From the human T2T-CHM13v2.0 reference genome, Homo sapiens: DNA of 64,000 bases. The stretch is taken from assembly GCF_009914755.1 (NCBI RefSeq), contig NC_060932.1. One strand, 5' to 3'. Position numbers and translations under genes: made by a program. Below, piece by piece: positions 56,490 to 64,000 of this stretch. How positions within the stretch are numbered: the stretch's first letter is position 1; every line of letters begins with the position of its first letter. Below the pieces are notes generated by a model. It saw only the letters and a program-made list of their open reading frames with translations. It was not told the DNA's origin and ran no database searches.

Positions 56490-58437
56490 AATAGAAAATG
56501 CTTTTGTTCATGGGAATTCACTATCATTCCCTCTGCTATTGCCCATACATATTACTATGTAATAGCCCACTTCATATAGTACCTATCAGTATTGAATTTA
56601 CTGAAAGGTAAAATGGGCAGTGGAAAATCTTTCATGATAAGCCATGTCAGTGAATAACAATTTGTCCAAAATCTTCCTTTTATATAATCCAAATTCCTGC
56701 ACCTCACAGTTCATGTCCTATAGGAGCTTAAATTTAAAGATCAACTGCAGAAGAAAAAAAATACTTAGGCACACAATAAACAATGTAGACACTGAAAGAA
56801 CCCATGGAAACATGGCTTCAGAAGTGCTTCAAGTTAGTGAACTGAAAGCCAACAAGTATTAAATATTATACATATTACTACATTTATTATGGCAGCATTC
56901 ATTCATTCCCTGATATGATAATGGTGCATCTCTATTTGTATCTTCCACAGCAATGGAGTACTGAGAGGTGAAGGCAAAATAAAATATAAAAACTGCTATT
57001 TCAGAGTAAATTCTAATTTATTGGGCTCCACTCACTGAAGTTTTGGAAGTTACCTGAACAAGGAAATAAAGGAATCATAATTTGCTTAGAAAGTTGAAAG
57101 GTGAAATTGAGATTAGATGAAAGAAGGAAAAAAAATCAATGGGTGTGAAAGAAATGAGAAGTGAGGTGAGGCTCGAAGTCATCACTTATTCAGAAGATTA
57201 TGAGTAAGCCTGTCAAAAGACCAAATTATAAAAAAGTTCTATTTCTTCCAAATATGAATGTCAACTCAAAAGCAAGGCCAACAAAGTTACACTGTAGGAG
57301 TACTTAATAAAGTTTCTGATAAATAGCTTAAAATATGAAAATTATATTTAAAAAGTTGTTTATAAAATTCTAAGACTTTGGTCTTAGTTGTGCAACTTTT
57401 AAAATCTCCTAAATCACAATTCTGTTTATTAGCGCAGTAAACCTCATCTCCCATTATTCCTAGCTTATACACCATAGCAATATTTAGTATCTGTCTCCCC
57501 CCAAATGCATCACATTCTTTCAAGATTTTGAGCATTCTCTCAGATTGTTCCATTGGCACAGATGCCCTTCCACCCCTTCTCTTGGAAGATGCCACCACAG
57601 CTCCAGAAAGCTCATGTCAACGAAGTTAGGCCCCTGCCGCCGTGCTTCTGTGATGCCCTATGCCCATCCCCATCTTAACATTCCCCTCACCATTTTGAAA
57701 TGATCTATTTTCATGTCTGTCCCTTTTCACTACATTGCTGGCTCCTTGGCTGTAAGAAATGACTTTTTATTTGCTGCCTGGCACATAGTGGGCGCTCAAT
57801 GATGTTGTGTTAATACTGAACACAGTATTCACAGCTGTGAATACAGTTTCACAGCTGGAGCTAAAATTAAATTCCATTTAGCCAGGGCTGAAATATCACA
57901 AATGTCTCTTCAGAGGTATCTGTTTGGAAGAGCTTTACCATATACCTAACATAGTGGAGGTTCATTTTAAGACTCTGATTTTTTATTTTTGGAGTCAAAG
58001 TATTAGGTAGAGATGGGATGAGAAAAAAGGTCAGACCGTATTTGCTAAGGGCATCAAGAATAATAGCTCAGGTGGTCAGGCCAATGAGAAGAGGATTTGG
58101 AAGAAAAGTCACCAAGGCTTTCTCTACACCTGAGCCACGAAGTTTAAAAACCCCAACCAGCCTACTTTACTAGTCCAGATTCTCATCTAGGAAGTTACAA
58201 CCTACTTTACAAAAAAAGTGATCTGGGTAACACAGACATTTTTTTCAGTCCTTGGGATTTTCCCAGCCACTCACAGCTCTTAAGAAAATAAACCTACCCA
58301 AGTGGAGGTTGTACAAATTGTCACATTTGCCTGGGGAGCCAGGATAAAAGAGCACTTCATCAGGTTTCTTGTCCCTCCCACGCAGAGTGCTGCGAGAAGC
58401 CTTGGATTCTAAGGATAAGGTTAACAGCTGATAGAGG

Positions 58438-58474
58438 AAAGCCACCTATAAAGCAGCGCTTTATAGGTGGCTTT
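58438..58474. repeat. Perfect 17-bp inverted repeat with 3-nt spacer
   Basis: aaagccacctataaagc-agc-gctttataggtggcttt. Confidence 0.92.
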
Positions 58475-61400
58475 ATAAAGTGGGATTGGCCGAAGGGCTA
58501 AAATCCCTGGAGAGGCTGCCAAGGTTCTTCCTGTCTTATTCAACTTTGAATATCCAATGACTAAAATAAAGCTGAACGCCCTAAAGATGGCCAATAAACG
58601 TGTAGAGAAAGACAGAGGGAAGGATGAAGGAAAGGAAGGGGGGCTGGTTACTTTGTGCTGTCTCTTCTTTCTGGCTCTGCCACCAACCCTCATTTCTATG
58701 AAGCTTGCAAGGCTTCACTCCCAGGCCGCTGCTTCACCTTAATGGTGGCTATCTGGAGGGGTGTCTCTCAAGGCTTCGAAAGGACTGAAAACCATCCTAG
58801 TACCTGACCTTCATTTGTCTTCTGGGGCCATATCTTCCATGCCTAGGAATCCTCCCTGCTCCTCACTTCCTTTTCACTGACATCTTGCTCCCCAATGCAT
58901 TTTGTTCCACTTCTCAGACCTGCTTGCATTTCTCTCCTTGTGTTTTTCTCCCATCTGGTTATCTTTTCCTTCCAGTTTCTCTCTACAGACACAGGATCTG
59001 ATGTCATTCTAAAGAGACTGCTACAACTCATCATATGTAGACTCTTCTCCTTTCCCCTACTGTGATTCTAACAATATCATAGGGAGGTTGAAATTCCCGG
59101 TTTCATTTTGCTTACTACCGTCTATTCCCAGTTCTCTCATTCTAGCATTTGCTTGAGCAATCATGGGAGGACCTCACCAGTGTGGTTTTTCAAAAAGCAG
59201 GTGTTCCTAATTTAAAGTACCTAATGCAAAAAGCTGATAATAGAACACAGAATCATCCAATTTAGAGCCTAAAACATTATGCTAAATCATATCATTGTAG
59301 CAGAGAAAGCAAAGCAGTGTTAACAATGGGAGAACTCTGCATAAATATACGCAGCACCATGGCTCTGGCCAAGCAATGAAGGCACAGGGAGAATGCGGCT
59401 GAGAGGACAGCAGACTCCAGGGAGCAAAACAAGAAAGACCATGAGAACAAAGGAAGTAACTGTAAGGCGAGTGCAGGCTGCTTGTGGCCAGGGCGCAAGC
59501 TCTCTGTGGACAGGGTCATGGGGCACGTGGTGGGGTGGCGTGGAGGTGGAACAACTCCAGAGGCAGGCTCCAGAAAAGTTTACAATCTGACACCACTCAA
59601 ATCTCCCACAGGCAAAGATCTCTAGTAGCCAAGAATTTGCTTCAGTCAAATCAACTCTCTGGAAAGCTGACTGCTAAGACAAAAACTAGGTAATTTCTAA
59701 GTGAACATTTAGGGAGGAAAATAAGTGGGTATATGAGAATAGGTCTGTCTAGTCTCAAGTATTTTTTTGGCAATTTGAGCAGTTACTACAGGCAGAGTTT
59801 ACCATTTCTTGTGATTCTCCAACTGCCATTATTTGTTGTGTCATTAGTCCTTCTCTACATGTATGTTTATTTTCTACCTGGTTCACAGGATTTTTTTTTT
59901 TAACCTATTAGAAACTACGTATAGGAATGCGGCCACCTAACAATGAAAACGCACATACAAATAATAAACCTAAATACATACACACTCTCTCACTCTCTCT
60001 CTCTCTTTCTCCAGAGAAACCCATCTTGGGGAAAGGAGCCCAGATTTATCCTCCAGGATGTCAAGAAAGGATGGTGTAAAAAGTTTATAATCCTGGGTCT
60101 CAGTTCACAACCCAGGGACTTTCTAACCATTAGAAGGTCTATGTTCTTCCTAACAGAACTTCTGTGGGGAAAACTACATAAAGAATAATATTTATATCAT
60201 ATAGAAACAGATTCTGTTCAAATGCTTGAAACAGCTTAATTTTGAATTCACATTTTTACATACAAAGTGTATGTCCTCCCTCCTCACTTTCCTCCCCTGA
60301 CCAGCTAATCTCAGAATGGTCCCAGTCCTTATGAACTCGGCACTACCAAGGCCCCTCAGATCAGGGCTGACTGCAGAGGGCAAGGTGCTGCGAGGGACAA
60401 AGCTGTTATGAAGTATTCATCTTCTGCACTAAGATCATCAGGGCCCTCTTCCAGAAGAGAGCTGTTACCTGGGACAGGTAAATTCTGCGAAGTAAAGTCT
60501 GGTAAAATAAAGGACCTGATTTGTTCTGAAGATCAAAAATATGCTACTACAAAATTTTTAAAAGCAAGGTTTGCATATGTAACAAATAAACCTGATATGT
60601 ATTTACAGACAAATTTACAGTATGTCTTATTGTGTAACATGCTCACTGTATTGAGAGTAAGAGATCAGGTAAAACAGTAGGTGAGAAGAAAGACTAGGAA
60701 GCATTTGGAAAATAATTCCAAAGTAGATCTTCCTAATTTGTAAAAATGTGAATTTTCTTTATTAACATCTTTATTAACACCTAAATTCAAAGGACATTCT
60801 AGAAAAAGAGGTCCTGTCAAATATCCATTCAATAATTACTGCATTTCATAATGACAACAGGAAGAGCTTTAAATACATCTTTAAAATGACCCTTTAAATA
60901 CCTTACAGCATAAATTCTCTCCAATTTAAGCAGGCATGGCAGTGAATCATCAACCAACCTTCCACAACTATTTAAAGCAGTAGGCAATTAAAAAGAATAC
61001 AAGGACTGGCATCACTCAGAAATTGACATGCCTCAACCAGGCAGCAGGAGAAGCAGTGAGGGCCTTAGAAATGGCTGGCACTTCCATGCTGCAAAGCCCA
61101 GCACAAGTGTGAAAGAGAGGTGGTTACAATTTGCATGCTGAGGTCAAAGTGACATTAACAAAGGCCAACCAACATTTACAATGTTTCCTAAATTTGGTAT
61201 CCAGACTAACCTTTCTATAACCAAATCCTCTCCTTTTCTTATTTTATTTAATTCTGCAGCAAATTTTGTAACCTGAGGGGAAAAAATGGTAATATCCTCA
61301 GTAATTTAGTAATTCCCTGAGATTTTATATCGGTTACGTGCTCTCAAATACAAGGACTGTTTAAGCAATCAAATCCACTTGCAAGAAATCAGAACAAATG

Positions 61401-64000
61401 TCTATTTAAAGTCTAACAATTTTCCAGTAGATGTTATGGAAAAGTTTGAGCCACAACAGACAGATATACAGACTGTGAGCACCATGGCTATGGATGGATA
61501 AGTCAAAAACGAAAAACTCTCAGAAAATTAATTATGATCATCCATATAGGCCATAGAACATATCACAATTCAGTATCTAATTATAAATATGAAAAAGACA
61601 TGGTAATTAAGTTACTCCCTATCAAATTAACTGGTTTAAATTACCTTAAAATTAGTTTTGTTTTACATATATTAACCACAAGAGATGCTTCCCCACCATT
61701 CTACAACCATTCAAATAATGAAATAAAATAAAATCCTCATAAAATTTCTTCTTCTTTCAATTTAATTATCCTACATAAGCTTCTAGATGCTAACTAATTT
61801 AGTAATACACTATCATAAGACTTCAGAAAAGTTCTACCCAATGGCATTTTTCCCCCAGTGGCAGTTTGAAACAATAAGCTTAGCTTCAATGCAGATGCAT
61901 GGGTTGAATCCAAGAAACCTGTTTTTGGAAATCCTGCCTGCCAGGTGATGGCTTACAGGTGAGGCTGAAGATGACTGATGTGACAGCTGGGCAGGTCCAG
62001 TTTTCAGAGCCATAGCAAGAACAGAAGGTAGCCTTTTTTTTGTAGACTGATAGCCTGGACACGAGGATGATGGTGTACTCATTTCATATGTAATTCACCT
62101 GCTTCTCAAATAAACTGAATACTGTCTTAGATTTGCTTTTTCAAAAACGCATTGTGTGTTGTTTTTAAATTACATCAACGGACAGTGGGCTTCCCAGAGA
62201 ATGGAATGGTGGCAGTTTGTCAGCTCTGTATTGCCAAGGAAAATATTTGGCTGCATATAGGGTTTCCTGAGAGCAAGTTAGTACACGACCTCAATCTTTT
62301 CCAAGCTTATCGTAATGCCGTAAGGCTATGCTGATTCAGCAAAGCAATAAATAATCACTTGCAAAATGCCCTGCTTCACAGGGATGTTATGAGACTTAAT
62401 AAAATAATGCATGTGAAGCACTCTGAGCTCTACAGAAGAAAGGCAGGAAGTAATAATATTATTCTGCATTTATAATGACAAGCAGTCTTACAATGGCAAA
62501 AATCTAATAGACCTGTTCACAAATTACAAATAAAAACTAGCTTAAATAATTTAATTGTACAACAAAAAAAACCTGAAATCATTTCAGTCTGAAAAGTGGA
62601 ATGAACAGACTTCATAAGGCTAAGTCAAAATGAAAAGAAATAGACAAGTTTCTACTAAACAGAAAGATTATATTGCTTTGTGAGAGAATAGAAATGGAAT
62701 CAGAAACTTACAAGAAAGAAAAGTATATTTTATTAAAATTATTTTGTGACATTGCTGTTATGAATTAAATTTAGTTATATTTCTATGGCTTTCTTACTAA
62801 TAAATTTTAAATCAAAGTCAGTATTAACAGTAATAAAATTTCTTCAGTTATCAATGATAAAACTGATTTAACTCTCAGTAGAATAAAACATGAATACTAT
62901 ACCAAATGTACATTGTTTCTTTTTAACAAATTAAAATAATGCTGGATTTTCTTTCTCTTCTTTTCTTTCTTTCTTCCTTTTTTGCCAACAGCATTTGTCT
63001 TATGGATGGGAAATGCCTATTTCTTTTTCCTCCAGACACGCCCAGCCAAAGGAACACGATGCATTAAATTCCACTTCATTTGGGGTGTCTCTCTACCAGA
63101 GCTGGCCAGGTTGAAGTGGCATTGCTAGGCTCTTAGGTGCCACTGAATTTACTGGATAGTGACGGGCCTTCTTGGTTCAGCAGATGCCATTTTCTCAAGG
63201 AAATCTCAGAATTTCAGGGGATCCAAGCTGTTTACCCTCTGTGCTTCCACAACATGTCCATAATATCATTTACTGTATCATATAAATCGTCTTATTTGAT
63301 CTAGATCTCAGAACTCCCTCAAGATTGTCCAGTCTCTGAGCCAGAAATTCCATTTTTCATCTGTGTATCTCTATTCACCATGCAACTGCTGACCCATGTA
63401 GACACCATGTAGACCCAAGTGACCCACACTCTGGAGAAAACACTGTTTCCCTCAAGTGGGCTGAACAGGCTGTACAGCAGCAACTTCAAGCACATGGGAC
63501 GAGGAATTTTACTCTCTAATTTTCATTTGTAATTTTGTTTTAGAGAAGTAGTAGTTTATGTTTTCTTTTTTAAAAATACATGATATTAGATGGTGGAAAT
63601 GCAAAGATGAAAAAGACAAGCTCTGCCTCTTATAGGGTTTAGGGTGCACTGCCACGGTTAAGCCAAGTGCTGAAATGGGGTTAGTGGATTATCGTGATTA
63701 AAGTGTTAGGGATTTATGAACAAAAGAAAAATTAAATTTGAAATTTGTGAATTCATAAGTATTAAAAAGGTTTTTCTTTATTTAGCTAGAAGACTCCACT
63801 TGTTTGGAGAGTATAGGAAACAGCATTGATCTGGATGCTGAATAAAGAAAGACTCTAATTATCTAAGATTTTCACTAAGAATGCTTTCATCAGAGAATGA
63901 ACATAGCAAAGCTGATTACTTAACTCAAAATAAACTTCCATCAACACACCAGGAACAATACATACACCTCAGGATGCTAACAGGGCCTAATTAGTTCTCT

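Overview
This is a eukaryotic, primate (almost certainly human) genomic window, not a microbial one. It lies entirely inside NCOA2 (TIF2/GRIP1/SRC-2, p160 nuclear receptor coactivator), transcribed on the minus strand. Fifteen coding exons (canonical exons 5-19, numbering recalled) were placed at base resolution from GT-AG boundaries. They total 3657 nt (1219 codons) and splice in continuous frame from the end of the bHLH through PAS-A/PAS-B, the three LxxLL NR boxes and AD1/CBP-binding region into the Q-rich region. The start codon and C-terminal exons lie outside the window. Introns carry about 27 Alu pieces, L1/L2/MIR remnants, DNA transposon fossils (MER82, MER2, MER58, MER3, Charlie) and microsatellites. 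Nearly all other ORFs in the track are Alu-derived, antisense shadows of exons, or chance. I see no new multi-gene system. The most interesting observations: (1) a stop-free, in-frame 207-nt extension of exon 19 to a second donor, whose 69-aa product resembles the equivalent segment of the paralogue NCOA1; (2) a templated insertion with microhomology and a 23-bp duplication; (3) a strong sense bias of Alus, with the three antisense copies bracketing particular exons; (4) a Z-DNA/Alu cluster in the fusion-breakpoint introns; (5) two perfect NF-E2/ARE sites. Repeat subfamily names and repeat ends were assigned by eye and are approximate.
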